From assembly GCA_048939765.1 (NCBI GenBank), contig JBHLPF010000012.1, positions 41,351 through 78,486 on the forward strand: a DNA stretch of 37,136 nt, given 5' to 3'. The DNA is from Promethearchaeota archaeon (GTDB lineage Archaea; Asgardarchaeota; Thorarchaeia; Thorarchaeales; Thorarchaeaceae). A program made the translations under genes and the position numbers. Below the pieces are notes generated by a model. The model did not search any database. It worked only from the letters and a program-made list of their open reading frames with translations, and was not told the origin of the DNA. Shown piece after piece: positions 16,992 to 27,476 of the stretch (position 1 is its first letter; the number at the start of each line of letters is the position of its first letter).

Positions 16992-17504
16992 GTGAGTGAA
17001 CCTGACTTTGTCTACAAAATTGTGTTCCTTGGGGAGTCTGGAGTTGGAAAGACTTCTCTGGTTCAAAGATTCGTATATGACAGTCTAAGTCCAGAGATGG
17101 CTCAGACCATCGGAGCCGTTCTACATGTGAAGACTATTACACTTGATGATACAAACTACAAGCTAATTGTATGGGATCTTGGCGGGCAAGAGTCCTTCAG
17201 GCAACTACGCGAGCAATTCTGCACCAATGCGAGCGGAGCCTTCTTTGTCTTTGATCGTGGTCGCCCAGAGACCCTTGGAACCATGGACACTTGGCTTGAG
17301 TCGCTATACTCATCAGCAGGGAAGGTCCCAACTACCGTCGTTGAGAACAAGATTGACCTCGACCCAGTATTTAGCCAAAATGATATCCAATCTGAGATTG
17401 GCAAACGTGGCTTGAAACTGATGCAGACAAGCGCAACTGAAAGCTTGAATGTGGACCAGACATTTGAGGACTTGGTAAGGACTATCCGTGGACGAAGGTC
17501 CTAG
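16992..17504 (+). CDS. Rab-like small GTPase
   Basis: GESGVGKT, TIG, WDLGGQE, NKID, TSA. GTG 16992 follows SD GGGAG; ATG 16959 is an alternative start. Confidence 0.92.
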   Translation: MSEPDFVYKIVFLGESGVGKTSLVQRFVYDSLSPEMAQTIGAVLHVKTITLDDTNYKLIVWDLGGQESFRQLREQFCTNASGAFFVFDRGRPETLGTMDTWLESLYSSAGKVPTTVVENKIDLDPVFSQNDIQSEIGKRGLKLMQTSATESLNVDQTFEDLVRTIRGRRS

Positions 17505-18196
17505 TGTGGAGCATCTGGAGCACTGCCCTTGTAAGCCAAACCGAGCTTTTTCTTCTCTCCTGTTACCATGTACACAGCGCGCTCTGCTATAGCAAAAGCT
17601 TGATCTGCTGCCCGTTCGCAATACCGACCAACGATTACATAGAACATCGCCATCGTTGTGATGTCCTTTCTTTTTCTGAGATATTCAGCAATCTCCTCAA
17701 ACATCTCGGAGGTTTCCCTATCACTATCAGCCTCCATTTTTTCCAAGTCATCGATATCAGAGAGGTCATTCTCCAAGACTCCCTTCATTGCAATCTCGAG
17801 GGTCTTATTCGCCAAATCCGCCACATAGGGCAGTGATTCCAGCTCTTTGAAGTGCTCCATGCCTTCACACAGCTTGACTATATGTGCAATCTTGTAGGCG
17901 TATCTACCTACGCGGTGAAGATGATGCGCTACTTGTAGATACGTAGCTAGTCTTCGTAGGTCAGAAGCGACAGGCTGTCTCCGTGCGATGGTTTCGAAAA
18001 CGTTAGCTTCAACTCTGCCAGAAAGGTCCTCCAGTGCCTGAGACTCCTCTTTGACCTCGGATGCCATATCTTGGTCTAGAAGCTCAAACGCTTTCATTGA
18101 CTTCATGAACGCTCCCGTCGAGAGTTCATAGAGTTCTCTCAGCCTGCTGCAAATCTCTTCAATGTGAAACTCGAGTTGTTTGTGCATACCACTCAC
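17501..18196 (-). CDS. phoU: Phosphate uptake regulator PhoU
   Basis: IARRQPVASDLR, two PhoU repeats (ERAAD), directly after pstB. Confidence 0.92.
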   Translation of the reverse strand: MSGMHKQLEFHIEEICSRLRELYELSTGAFMKSMKAFELLDQDMASEVKEESQALEDLSGRVEANVFETIARRQPVASDLRRLATYLQVAHHLHRVGRYAYKIAHIVKLCEGMEHFKELESLPYVADLANKTLEIAMKGVLENDLSDIDDLEKMEADSDRETSEMFEEIAEYLRKRKDITTMAMFYVIVGRYCERAADQAFAIAERAVYMVTGEKKKLGLAYKGSAPDAPH

Positions 18197-18970
18197 CTAT
18201 CCTATCCTTCCAGTGATAAATGCCTCCGTCCTCTCATCTGATGGTGCTTCAGCTATTCTGCTGGTCTTGTCGAATTCTACGAGCTCACCAAGGTATAGGA
18301 ACGCCGCTTGGTCAGATACTCTGAACGCCTGCTGAACATTATGAGTGACCATTATAATTGTGTAGTCTTGTTTCAGCTGAACAATTAACTCCTCTATCTT
18401 GCCCGCACTAATAGGATCAAGTGCTGAAACGGGCTCATCCATCAGCAACACGGGAGGGTCAACGGAGAGGGCTCTGGCAATGCAGAGACGCTGTTGTTGT
18501 CCCCCAGAGAGATTAGGGGCTGGCTCCTCAAGGCTGTCTTTTACTTCATCCCAAAGAGCTGCCTTTCTCAAAGATTGTTCCACGAGCTTTTCGAGGTCAT
18601 CCTCATCCTTCCTCCCATGCAGCTTTGGTCCGTATGTTACGTTCTCTCGCACACTCATTGGAAACGGATTGGGGCGTTGAAAGACCATGCCGACGCGACG
18701 TCTCAGTTCGTACACATCTGAATCCGGGGCGTAGATATTCCCCCCCTCAAGGAGAACTTCACCGCTCATTCTGAAACTCCCAATTGTGTCATTCAATCGA
18801 TTAAGACTTCTGAGGAAAGTTGACTTTCCACATCCGCTAGGGCCCATCACAGCAGTTACCGAATTGTCCTCGAAGTAGCAGCTGATATCCTTCAGAATCT
18901 TCTTCCTTCCAAACCATGTTGAGAGGTTTCTGACCTCTATCTTGTATTGTGGTGTCATCAGTTTAGACAA
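18197..18970 (-). CDS. pstB: Phosphate ABC transporter ATPase
   Basis: [47 protein letters not shown]. Confidence 0.97.
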   Translation of the reverse strand: MSKLMTPQYKIEVRNLSTWFGRKKILKDISCYFEDNSVTAVMGPSGCGKSTFLRSLNRLNDTIGSFRMSGEVLLEGGNIYAPDSDVYELRRRVGMVFQRPNPFPMSVRENVTYGPKLHGRKDEDDLEKLVEQSLRKAALWDEVKDSLEEPAPNLSGGQQQRLCIARALSVDPPVLLMDEPVSALDPISAGKIEELIVQLKQDYTIIMVTHNVQQAFRVSDQAAFLYLGELVEFDKTSRIAEAPSDERTEAFITGRIG

Positions 18971-19979
18971 TCCTCCGTGTCAGTTTTCGAAGAACTATAT
19001 TCGCTATGATGTCGACTGCGAGAACCATAAGCAAGAGGACCAGTGCGGCTCCATGAGCCTTGGCCTGCAGGTATTCCCTTGGATCAGTTATGTAGGACCA
19101 GACAGTGTACGGTAGGGAAGCGACCCAAGAACCACCTCCAGTGACGCTTGTTGGAACACCAAGAGAGTTGCCAGCTGTGAAAATCAAAGGTGCTGTTTCA
19201 CCCATTACACGCCCAACCGCCAACAGGACTCCTGTGATAATTCCAGGAATTGCTGCACGAATAGTCACATTCCACGTAGTGGTCCATTTTGTTGCCCCCA
19301 GCGCCAAAGATGCTTCTCTTAGCGCCATCGGTACCTGTTTGAGCGCTTCCTGAGTTGTCCGTAGCACTGTAGGTATCATCATGAAAGCAAGAGTGAACCC
19401 CCCAGCTATGAGGCCCAATCCAACATGGAGGAAGTCAACAATGAAGGCGAATCCGAAGGCACCGAAGACAATCGACGGAATCCCGGCCAAAACATCTGCA
19501 GCAAACTCAATGGCATTGGTGACCGTACCAGGTCGTGCGTATTCGGTGATGTATACTGCTCCTAGCACACTGAGAGGAATTCCAACCATGCATGCAACGA
19601 CCATCAGCAGGATAGTTCCAGCGATTGCATTTCTAATGCCCCCTCCAAGTCCCGGTCCCGGAAATGTACCGAAGAACTCCAAGCCCTGCCCTGGTCCTGA
19701 TCCGAAGACTTCAGGGACTCCCACAGATAGAACCTCAGAGAGGACCATGAAGAAAGGTAACACTATAACGACAATGCAGACTCCAAGTAGTATCTTGAAC
19801 ATGAAGTCTGCAAATGTTCTCTTGGAACTCACCTGCAACTTGAGATAGCGCAACAGCGATGTGAGTCTACCATCAGCTACAGGCACAACTGCATTCTCTT
19901 TGTATCGCTGTTCCTCAGAGATGGTCGATTGTCTTGTCATGTGAATCTTCACCTTATCCCCTTTGTCTTCATTCCCCAT
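18963..19979 (-). CDS. pstA: Phosphate ABC transporter permease PstA
   Basis: [38 protein letters not shown]. Confidence 0.95.
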   Translation of the reverse strand: MGNEDKGDKVKIHMTRQSTISEEQRYKENAVVPVADGRLTSLLRYLKLQVSSKRTFADFMFKILLGVCIVVIVLPFFMVLSEVLSVGVPEVFGSGPGQGLEFFGTFPGPGLGGGIRNAIAGTILLMVVACMVGIPLSVLGAVYITEYARPGTVTNAIEFAADVLAGIPSIVFGAFGFAFIVDFLHVGLGLIAGGFTLAFMMIPTVLRTTQEALKQVPMALREASLALGATKWTTTWNVTIRAAIPGIITGVLLAVGRVMGETAPLIFTAGNSLGVPTSVTGGGSWVASLPYTVWSYITDPREYLQAKAHGAALVLLLMVLAVDIIANIVLRKLTRRIV

Positions 19980-20902
19980 CGAATGAACAGCTTTGCCATG
20001 ACTGTAAATGAAATGGACATCAGCATCAGCACGAGCGCAACTGCAAACAATGCCGAACGCCAGAGAGGAAACACGAAGGCATATCCCAACTGGTTCGTTA
20101 TTATCGAGGTCATTACATACGTTGGATCGAAGAGTGAGAATGGTATCTGCAGAGCATTGCCTGTCACCATTAGTACCGCCATTGTTTCTCCCACTGCCCT
20201 GCCAAGTGACAACACAATTGCAGCGCCAATCCCTGGCATTGCTGCTCCCATGACGACTTTCCGGGCGGTTTCTGTACTTGTTGCACCCAGAGCAAGCGAT
20301 GCTTCGCGGAGTGTACTGGGTACGGACCTGAGCGCATCATCAGAGACCGTAACAATTGTTGGCAGAAGCATAACGGCTAGAATGACTCCTCCAGCAAGCA
20401 GGCTGAGGCCATTCGATTCTATTCCAAACGCAGGTGCAAGGACCGACCCTATCCAAGGCGCGATGACAAGATACGCCCAGAGGCCGTAGACAATTGAAGG
20501 AATAGCAGCCATCATTTCTATAATCATCCTAATGGGTCCCCTGAGTCGATGGGGACAGAACTCGCTCAGAAACAAAGCTCCAGCCAATCCCAGTGGGACT
20601 GCAATTCCTATGGCAAGGAGCGTGCACATGAATGATCCAGTGATGAAAATAGCAATGCCGTAGAGGTCTCGATTAGGGTCCCATGTTGGATTAGCAATGA
20701 TTCCTATGCCTCCCTCTGGAGCAGCGAAGATAGGAAGAGACTCATACCAAAGAAATGTCAGAATCAGAACTATTACTGCAGAGCTTGCAAAAGCTGGGAC
20801 AAGCAATCCGAATCTTCCGAATAAATCAATTCGAGCAGGGCCTTTTGACGTTTGAATCTCCTTGATGAGTTGTGAGAATTCTTCTTTGACTTGCTGCGCC
20901 AT
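19949..20902 (-). CDS. pstC: Phosphate ABC transporter permease PstC
   Basis: WDP...YG, AAIPSIVYGLW, GRAVGETMAV. ATG 20902 follows GGAGG. Confidence 0.95.
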   Translation of the reverse strand: MAQQVKEEFSQLIKEIQTSKGPARIDLFGRFGLLVPAFASSAVIVLILTFLWYESLPIFAAPEGGIGIIANPTWDPNRDLYGIAIFITGSFMCTLLAIGIAVPLGLAGALFLSEFCPHRLRGPIRMIIEMMAAIPSIVYGLWAYLVIAPWIGSVLAPAFGIESNGLSLLAGGVILAVMLLPTIVTVSDDALRSVPSTLREASLALGATSTETARKVVMGAAMPGIGAAIVLSLGRAVGETMAVLMVTGNALQIPFSLFDPTYVMTSIITNQLGYAFVFPLWRSALFAVALVLMLMSISFTVMAKLFIRWGMKTKGIR

Positions 20903-20916
20903 AGCTTGGCCTCCTA

Positions 20917-21969
20917 TCAAGAATCTGTAGGATCTAGAGATGCGACAAGGCTGATAGAATAGTCAATCGCGGCTGTTCCATTGATAGGAACATAGCCCAC
21001 ACCTGATATGAATGTCTGACCACGGGTAAGGACCCAGTCCATGAAGATCAGAACCTGCCAAGCTACATTGTCTTCGTGAACCATGTAGTAGAGAAGTCGG
21101 GCAATTGGATATGCTCCCTCAAGATTTGAGTTCATTAGGTTGGCTCCCGGATCCGATAAGACGGAGGGTATTGCCTTCAGTGCGTTAATCAGGGATGGCT
21201 CTATGTATTCGTCGATTGAGGGATTATACAAATCTGCAGGAATTAGCCCTTCCATGAATGCAAGACCAACATACCCAATTCCTTGCATGTCTCCAAGAAC
21301 CCCGGTGGCAACCCCGGGATTGCCATCAACGGAGCTTATCTCTGGAGACCATGACAGTGTTTCACTGTGCCCTAATCTCCAAGTATAGTTCGCGTATGGG
21401 TTGGCATTTTCATCAGCTGTTTCAAGCCACTTGGCGAAGGTGGCCGTCGTTCCGCTCGCGTCAGATCGGACGTAGACATTGATGGAACCACTTTGCTCAA
21501 CACTGACTCCAAAGGTTGATTCTAGTTCTTCCCATGTTGAGATGTTTCGCTGGAAGATAGCGACTGCCATGTCACAGTCCAGAGCGAATGTTGACCCGTT
21601 GACTTCAGGATTGACTACAATTCCTAGAGCATCTGCTGAAACAGGGATTATTCTCACCCGAGGATTCTCCTGGATATATTCATCTTCGGGATACGAACTC
21701 GTTGCACCGACATCAATTAACTGTTGAGCGATCTGAGATTGGCCAAGTCCGGACCCTCCCGCACCTGGATTGACAATGAACGACTGAGACTCGTTCTGGA
21801 ACTGTGTCGCCCATTCCTGTGAAAGAGTGAAGACAGTTGTTGAACCTGCTGTAGTGATTGTGTAAGGGCCGCTACCAAACTCAGTCGGCGGTGTCAGGAC
21901 CACCACGAAACCAAATGCAATGAGCATTCCTAGGATGAATACAATTAACTGCCGCTTGATGCTGACCAT
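20917..21969 (-). CDS. pstS: Phosphate ABC transporter substrate-binding protein
   Basis: N-terminal TM anchor, GSTTV, GGSGLG, RSDASGTT, IGYV, YPIARLLY. Confidence 0.95.
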   Translation of the reverse strand: MVSIKRQLIVFILGMLIAFGFVVVLTPPTEFGSGPYTITTAGSTTVFTLSQEWATQFQNESQSFIVNPGAGGSGLGQSQIAQQLIDVGATSSYPEDEYIQENPRVRIIPVSADALGIVVNPEVNGSTFALDCDMAVAIFQRNISTWEELESTFGVSVEQSGSINVYVRSDASGTTATFAKWLETADENANPYANYTWRLGHSETLSWSPEISSVDGNPGVATGVLGDMQGIGYVGLAFMEGLIPADLYNPSIDEYIEPSLINALKAIPSVLSDPGANLMNSNLEGAYPIARLLYYMVHEDNVAWQVLIFMDWVLTRGQTFISGVGYVPINGTAAIDYSISLVASLDPTDS

Positions 21970-22025
21970 TTCGATTTTCTCTCCTTTCCCTAGTCATCCC
22001 GGCCTGACGAACTCATAGTTAAGCA

Positions 22026-22167
22026 ATGTGCATTTACACATCAGTCCTTCTGTGGCGTAAATGTAACATATGCATAGAATTTCGCAGTTCTTTTACGTCT
22101 GACAGATACATAACATTCAACTAATATAGTTGAATGAATTGCATTTACATCATTGAACAGCATTTAC
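22026..22167. promoter_or_regulatory. Divergent pstS/regulator control region with a palindrome and CATTTAC repeats
   Basis: CATTCAACTA-ATA-TAGTTGAATG at 22114-22136. CATTTAC at 22031, 22142 and 22161, inverted at 22057. Confidence 0.6.
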
Positions 22168-22199
22168 GTATGCTGCAGCAATGAATTGGAGTCAGTGGC

Positions 22200-23204
22200 A
22201 TGTCGACAAATACTCGGAAGCTCAACAAAGTAAGAAACTCGTTCTATGTATATCTCCCAAAGGATTGGATTGACAACCATAAACTGAGTGAAAAATCGGA
22301 GGTCAGAATAGTTCAAACTCCTGAAGGCACATTGGAGATATTCCCTCCACAGTTTGAGAGAACTGAACCAGAAGTGTTGAAGTTCGAAATGGAGGATACA
22401 AGTCAAGGCCGGATTGAGGGGATTCTCATAGGAGGTTACATTGTTGGTGCCAATGGTATGGAGTTCAGTTTCTCTGATAGCATAAACATGACCACTCGAG
22501 AGATGTTCAGCCAGTGGATTAGAAGGCTCCCGGGCTTTGAAATCCTAGATGAACATAGTCAGAGCCTTACAGTGAGCGACACCAGTGAGAAACAGCTGAT
22601 TTCTCCTATTCTCAGAAGACAGTTCGCAACGGCCAAATTCATGCTAAATGGACTAATCAGTGCTATAACATCTGCTGAACTAGAAAGTGCACAGAGAATC
22701 CTTGACAGAGACGAGGATGTGGATCGACACAGGTATTTCGTGGAGCGTCTGTGTCATCTTGCTCTTCAGGATCCTTCCTACGCTAGGAAAATTGGTATTT
22801 CCCCGGCAGACTGTCTACATTTCAGTCTGGCGACGAAGTACATAGAGCGGATTGCTGACCATGTATGTGGCGCCATGCAACAAATGATACAACTAAGGTC
22901 AGGTGATCCAAAACTAGGCAAGTCGCTCGAGAGCTTGGGTAATGCCTATGATGAAACCGTTCGAGCCTTCTTCTCCATTGAAAGCACCAATCAGAGGAAT
23001 TCGATAACCAATGTATCGAATGACGCCTTTGAGGCACTTAATCTATCAAAGCGAGTTTCAGCTCGATTATCCAGGCTTGAGGGATCAAGACATCGGCAAG
23101 GCCCAAGAATGGTTCTCCTGCTGATGCATCTAGAACGCATTGCATCATATTGTGCAGACATTGGAGAAGTTGCGATCAATAGAATAATCGAATTCAATCT
23201 CTGA
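22200..23204 (+). CDS. Archaeal AbrB-PhoU phosphate regulator
   Basis: N-terminal AbrB (RKL.KV.NSFYVYLPKDW) plus PhoU repeats (DEDVDR, IERIADH, LERIA). Confidence 0.9.
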   Translation: MSTNTRKLNKVRNSFYVYLPKDWIDNHKLSEKSEVRIVQTPEGTLEIFPPQFERTEPEVLKFEMEDTSQGRIEGILIGGYIVGANGMEFSFSDSINMTTREMFSQWIRRLPGFEILDEHSQSLTVSDTSEKQLISPILRRQFATAKFMLNGLISAITSAELESAQRILDRDEDVDRHRYFVERLCHLALQDPSYARKIGISPADCLHFSLATKYIERIADHVCGAMQQMIQLRSGDPKLGKSLESLGNAYDETVRAFFSIESTNQRNSITNVSNDAFEALNLSKRVSARLSRLEGSRHRQGPRMVLLLMHLERIASYCADIGEVAINRIIEFNL

Positions 23205-23266
23205 GTGATTTAGATAGGGATTTGAGGATTTTGTAGGTTTATATACCAGATACGTGCGATGCGTGT

Positions 23267-24874
23267 ATGCAAGTGGTGGAGATTGCATTCAACATTGTCG
23301 GCGGGCTTGCATTATTCATGTTTGCCATTACAATGCTGAGGGAAACTTTGGGGAAGGTGTCTGGGGCTCGTGTTGTCAGAATTCTAGAGAGAGTCAGTAG
23401 TAATCCGATAAATGGCATGGCCGCGGGGACGGCCACTACCTTCATGACGCAGAGCTCAAGCATAACAGTACTAACTCTAATCGGCTTTGTTAATGCGGGC
23501 ATGATGTCATTCAGGCAATCAGCAAATGTCATACTAGGGTCAGAGATTGGCACAACAGTGACAGCACAACTCGTTTCTTTTGACATAGGAGTTGCATTTT
23601 GGCCATTAGTAGCCATTGGCTTCTTCATGAGTTTCTTCTTCAAGAACGAAAAAGTCAAACTCACTGGGAAAGTGATCTTCAGTCTCGGCCTTCTCTTTCT
23701 AGCAATGGATTTCATGAAGCAGGGAGCCAGACCCCTGACATCTGACTATCCTTTCTTCAAAGACCTGATTAATGACTACGGAGCTATTCCTGTTCTCGGG
23801 ATTTTGATTGGCGCTCTGATTGCAGGAATAACTCAGAGCAGTTCAGCAACTACAAGTCTAGTAATTGCAATGGGCGCAGCAGGAGTCATCGATTTGGGCC
23901 CAGGAATTGCCCTCGTGATGGGGGCAAACATAGGAACTTGTTTTCTTGAGTTGTTCGCCGCTATTGGTGCGACTACTCCCGCCAAGAGGACTGCTGTCGC
24001 CCAGGCACTAATCAATGTCATAGGAGTGACAATTTTCCTGCCATTCTTGGCACCCTTCACGGCTCTAACACAAGCTACGGCAGTAGAACTACCAAGGCAG
24101 CTCGCTAATGCTCATACGATATTCAATGTAATTGTAAGTTTCATATTCGTACCACTTGTAGGCGGATTAGTGAAACTATGCGAGCGTCTCGTTCCTGACA
24201 AGGAAGGCGAGATTATTGGTCGCTACCATTTTGATGATCAGATGTTGAATATGCCTCAAGCAGCACTAATCGAAGCCGAGCGTGAGATTATTCGCACCGC
24301 AGAGTTGACAATACAGATGATTCAATGCAGTAGAACGGCCCTTCTTGAAGGTCAGACAGAGGAAGGGGATAGAGTCATGCTCCTTGAAGATGAAGTCGAC
24401 GACAGATGTAGGACAACAGAGGAATTCATTGACAAAATCCGAGAAGAGGAATTGGGTGAGCTTGATATCATTTGGCGAATGAAGCTACTTGCAGTTCTAA
24501 CTGATGTCGAACGAGTTGGAGATCTTTCTCAGAATCTTGCTGAATTTGCGCTTGATCGTTTCGAGAATGGTGTGGCTTTTTCTGATGCAGCGATTAAGGA
24601 TCTATCAAAGATGTTCGAGATGGTCGAAGAAACCTATTCGACATCAATCGAATCTCTACGCACTCGAAACAAGAACTTAGCCAGAGTAGCCCTTGATCTA
24701 GAAGATGAAGTTGATGTGTTTGAACGTAAGATTCGTGATGCTCATAACAAACGGCTTAAAGAAGGCGTCTGCATGCCGGAAGCTGATACTGTATTTGTTG
24801 AGTCTATCCGCAATCTCGAGCGGATAAGTGATCATGCAGACAACATAGCATTGGATGTGATAATGGAGCATTAG
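23267..24874 (+). CDS. Na/Pi cotransporter family protein with C-terminal PhoU domains
   Basis: Two QSSS repeats, GANIGT, ANAHT.FN, ERVGD and LERISDHA. Confidence 0.93.
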   Translation: MQVVEIAFNIVGGLALFMFAITMLRETLGKVSGARVVRILERVSSNPINGMAAGTATTFMTQSSSITVLTLIGFVNAGMMSFRQSANVILGSEIGTTVTAQLVSFDIGVAFWPLVAIGFFMSFFFKNEKVKLTGKVIFSLGLLFLAMDFMKQGARPLTSDYPFFKDLINDYGAIPVLGILIGALIAGITQSSSATTSLVIAMGAAGVIDLGPGIALVMGANIGTCFLELFAAIGATTPAKRTAVAQALINVIGVTIFLPFLAPFTALTQATAVELPRQLANAHTIFNVIVSFIFVPLVGGLVKLCERLVPDKEGEIIGRYHFDDQMLNMPQAALIEAEREIIRTAELTIQMIQCSRTALLEGQTEEGDRVMLLEDEVDDRCRTTEEFIDKIREEELGELDIIWRMKLLAVLTDVERVGDLSQNLAEFALDRFENGVAFSDAAIKDLSKMFEMVEETYSTSIESLRTRNKNLARVALDLEDEVDVFERKIRDAHNKRLKEGVCMPEADTVFVESIRNLERISDHADNIALDVIMEH

Positions 24875-24950
24875 ACTCATTTACTTGTGCAAGAGTTTAT
24901 GATGACATCTTGCAGAGCCAACATAGTTATCCCAAATGGAAGACTGACGC

Positions 24951-25790
24951 ATGGCGGCAAAGAAGCTCAACGATTTGGACGGCAAGGAGTGGGTCAAGAG
25001 CACCAAGTCATGGTTTGTCGTCAATCCCCGATCCAGAAACAGGAATCAGATGACTCATCCAGCGAAATTCCCGGAGGAGCTTGTAACTCGTTTTGTAGAA
25101 TATTTCACCAGAGCTGGTGGCTGGGTTATCGATCCATTTGCAGGGGTAGCCAGTACTATGGTCGCTTGCAAGACATTGAACCGCAGTTCGGTTGGCGTAG
25201 AGCTCAATCCTGAGTTCGTCGAAATCGGACAAGAGGAATTGAAGTCAATTTCTGGATCTGGAACTCATCACATCCTAACAGGTGACTCATTGGACATCGC
25301 AGCGATTTTGGAAACACAATTTGGCGATGAGGTCCCTGAGTTTGATTATCTTATCACCTCTCCACCATACTACAATATGCTCAGGAAGTCGAGAGGGGGA
25401 AATGAAACCGTCCATAAAGAGAGGGGGGAAAAGGGACTCAAACAGCATTATAGCGGTTCTCCTTCTGACCTGGGTAATATAGAATCCTATGAAGAGTATC
25501 TAGAAAATGTTGGCCTAGTTATTGATGCGGTGTATCCATATTTGCGAAACGGAGCATATCTGACAGTTGTGGTTCAAAACATGCGTGATGAAGGAAACCT
25601 CATTCGGCCTATTGCCTGGGACTTGGCGAGACGCATATCTGAAACTTACCAATTGCGTCAGGAGCAAGTCTGGTGTCAGGACAACAAGCGGTTAGGATGC
25701 TGGGGCTTTCCATCTACGTATGTTTCGAATGTACACCATCATTATTGTTTGATTCTCCAGAAAGAAGTTGTGAATGATGACTTATCTTAA
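24951..25790 (+). CDS. Amino-methyltransferase, probable N4-cytosine DNA methyltransferase
   Basis: HPAKFP, DPFAGVAST (SAM binding), GVELN, then catalytic TSPPY. Confidence 0.85.
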   Translation: MAAKKLNDLDGKEWVKSTKSWFVVNPRSRNRNQMTHPAKFPEELVTRFVEYFTRAGGWVIDPFAGVASTMVACKTLNRSSVGVELNPEFVEIGQEELKSISGSGTHHILTGDSLDIAAILETQFGDEVPEFDYLITSPPYYNMLRKSRGGNETVHKERGEKGLKQHYSGSPSDLGNIESYEEYLENVGLVIDAVYPYLRNGAYLTVVVQNMRDEGNLIRPIAWDLARRISETYQLRQEQVWCQDNKRLGCWGFPSTYVSNVHHHYCLILQKEVVNDDLS

Positions 25791-25844
25791 CTTGGCCTAT
25801 ATGAAACACATCGCCAGAAACCAGTGATTCGAGGCCCAATGGCG

Positions 25845-27476
25845 CTAACCAGAGTTGAAGAAATGAAATCCGTCAAAGTCATCGTCGGCATCCATGACGA
25901 TTGTTTCCTCTGTTGAACAAGCCTCAATAAGACCCTGCTCAGTATCAAATGGTAGGGTGGTGTTAGCAGCAACTAGCACTTGGAAAGTATATTCACTCAG
26001 CAAGATTGGCTCAACGGAGCTCGTGCTCTCTTCTGGGGAATACAGAAGATTCATGACAATGAGTAATTTACTCCCAACTTGGAGCCAAGGAACAAAGAGT
26101 TTGTTATCGTCAAAGGTGATTTCCAATTCATCCATGAAGTTGTATGAGCCTGCCGGAATGAATGGACTGCAGCTGGCGATGAAGAGAAATACGGGTCTTG
26201 GCCAGCGTCCCGGTTCCTTGAGCCAGATTGAAAGATGCCGTATGCTGAAGTCTATAGGTATATCGAGGTTCATCTCCAGTTCACAGATGTCCAAAGGCCA
26301 GTTGTTCTCCAACGTAACAGTGAACACGACTCTATTTGACCAGAAACGAGATCTGTAAATTGATGATTCAAGATTCAGGCTTGCCAATACGACCTCAATA
26401 GTGTGCGGCTCTTCTATATTCTCAAACTCATCTTTGCTATAGAACGAAACATTTCGCAAGCCGTCTTGACGTGAGAGATAGAATGGCTCAGTATATTCGA
26501 GCCAAGGTCCTCCATCGATACTATACATGGTCGTGATGTCTGATGCCTGTTCGCTTGAAGCTATGAGAGTAAACTCTGTATTTGATGTGACGTATGTCGT
26601 ACCGCTCGTATCCACGTAGTGCGTTCCCATATCTAGGGTGGTTACTGGGGCCGCCGTCGGTAGTGAGGCTGGTGGCATTATAGATTCATAGAATTCAATT
26701 GTGAAATTCCATACAGCACTCCAATCACTAGGATTTCCAGCGATGTCGAAAGCTTGGCATCTCCAGAAGTATGTTCCCTCTTCGAGATTGTGGATTGTCA
26801 AGTTTAGAGTGGAAGCAGCTAGGGTTTCCTGAAGGAAAAGGGTATCTGCCGAGAAGATGCTGGAGTTATAGACTTCGATGACTGACGACTGGATGCCACT
26901 GATATCTGATGGCACCTTCCACTCCAGAGTAGCTGTACCCTGATCAAATTCCGTTCCGTCCAAAGGCGCGATCAATGAAGGTTGCCCTTCATATAATGTG
27001 TCGATACGAAATGTCCAAGTTGCACTGAATTCTCCAAGACTGCCATTGAGAGTCCTAACTGCCCAGGAATAGTCACCATCAGTTTCGCCCCGTATTCCCG
27101 ATGCTGAGTTTAGCCAAATCTGAAATGAAGTGGCAGCTACTGGGATATAGATCGGTTCAGCTCGGCCGGGTGTCATGAGCATCAACTCATATCCTTGAGC
27201 ATCTGTAACAGGGTCCCACTCGAAGACAACTGGCTCGGCATCAATTTGACTCTGTCCAAAGATTTCACCATCTCCTGGCGCGATAAGGCCTGGCGGCGGG
27301 AGATCGGATACTATCATTTGTGCGGGGAGCTTTGATAGAGACAAATCGGCTGATTCGCCCGTCGCCATTTCAGCTACATTCCCTGAGCAAACAGCCGTAC
27401 TCAGGACTAGTAGAAATGCACATGATAATAATAGGAATGTCAACCGATCTTGGCTCTGCAGCTTTTTCCTCTCCAT
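25845..27476 (-). CDS. Secreted/surface protein with two FN3-like repeats and a further beta-sandwich (OmpL47-like) domain
   Basis: Signal peptide. Repeats P.LIAP.DG...W...G.Y.W.(V/C)...S..W.F.I. Then APVTT...YSIDGG.W..Y..PF. Confidence 0.75.
   Translation of the reverse strand: MERKKLQSQDRLTFLLLSCAFLLVLSTAVCSGNVAEMATGESADLSLSKLPAQMIVSDLPPPGLIAPGDGEIFGQSQIDAEPVVFEWDPVTDAQGYELMLMTPGRAEPIYIPVAATSFQIWLNSASGIRGETDGDYSWAVRTLNGSLGEFSATWTFRIDTLYEGQPSLIAPLDGTEFDQGTATLEWKVPSDISGIQSSVIEVYNSSIFSADTLFLQETLAASTLNLTIHNLEEGTYFWRCQAFDIAGNPSDWSAVWNFTIEFYESIMPPASLPTAAPVTTLDMGTHYVDTSGTTYVTSNTEFTLIASSEQASDITTMYSIDGGPWLEYTEPFYLSRQDGLRNVSFYSKDEFENIEEPHTIEVVLASLNLESSIYRSRFWSNRVVFTVTLENNWPLDICELEMNLDIPIDFSIRHLSIWLKEPGRWPRPVFLFIASCSPFIPAGSYNFMDELEITFDDNKLFVPWLQVGSKLLIVMNLLYSPEESTSSVEPILLSEYTFQVLVAANTTLPFDTEQGLIEACSTEETIVMDADDDFDGFHFFNSG

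Noticed and set aside
15413-17504. Convergent gene pairs sharing a CTAG stop overlap (15413-15416 and 17501-17504)
   Set aside because: A common 4-nt convergent overlap in compact genomes.
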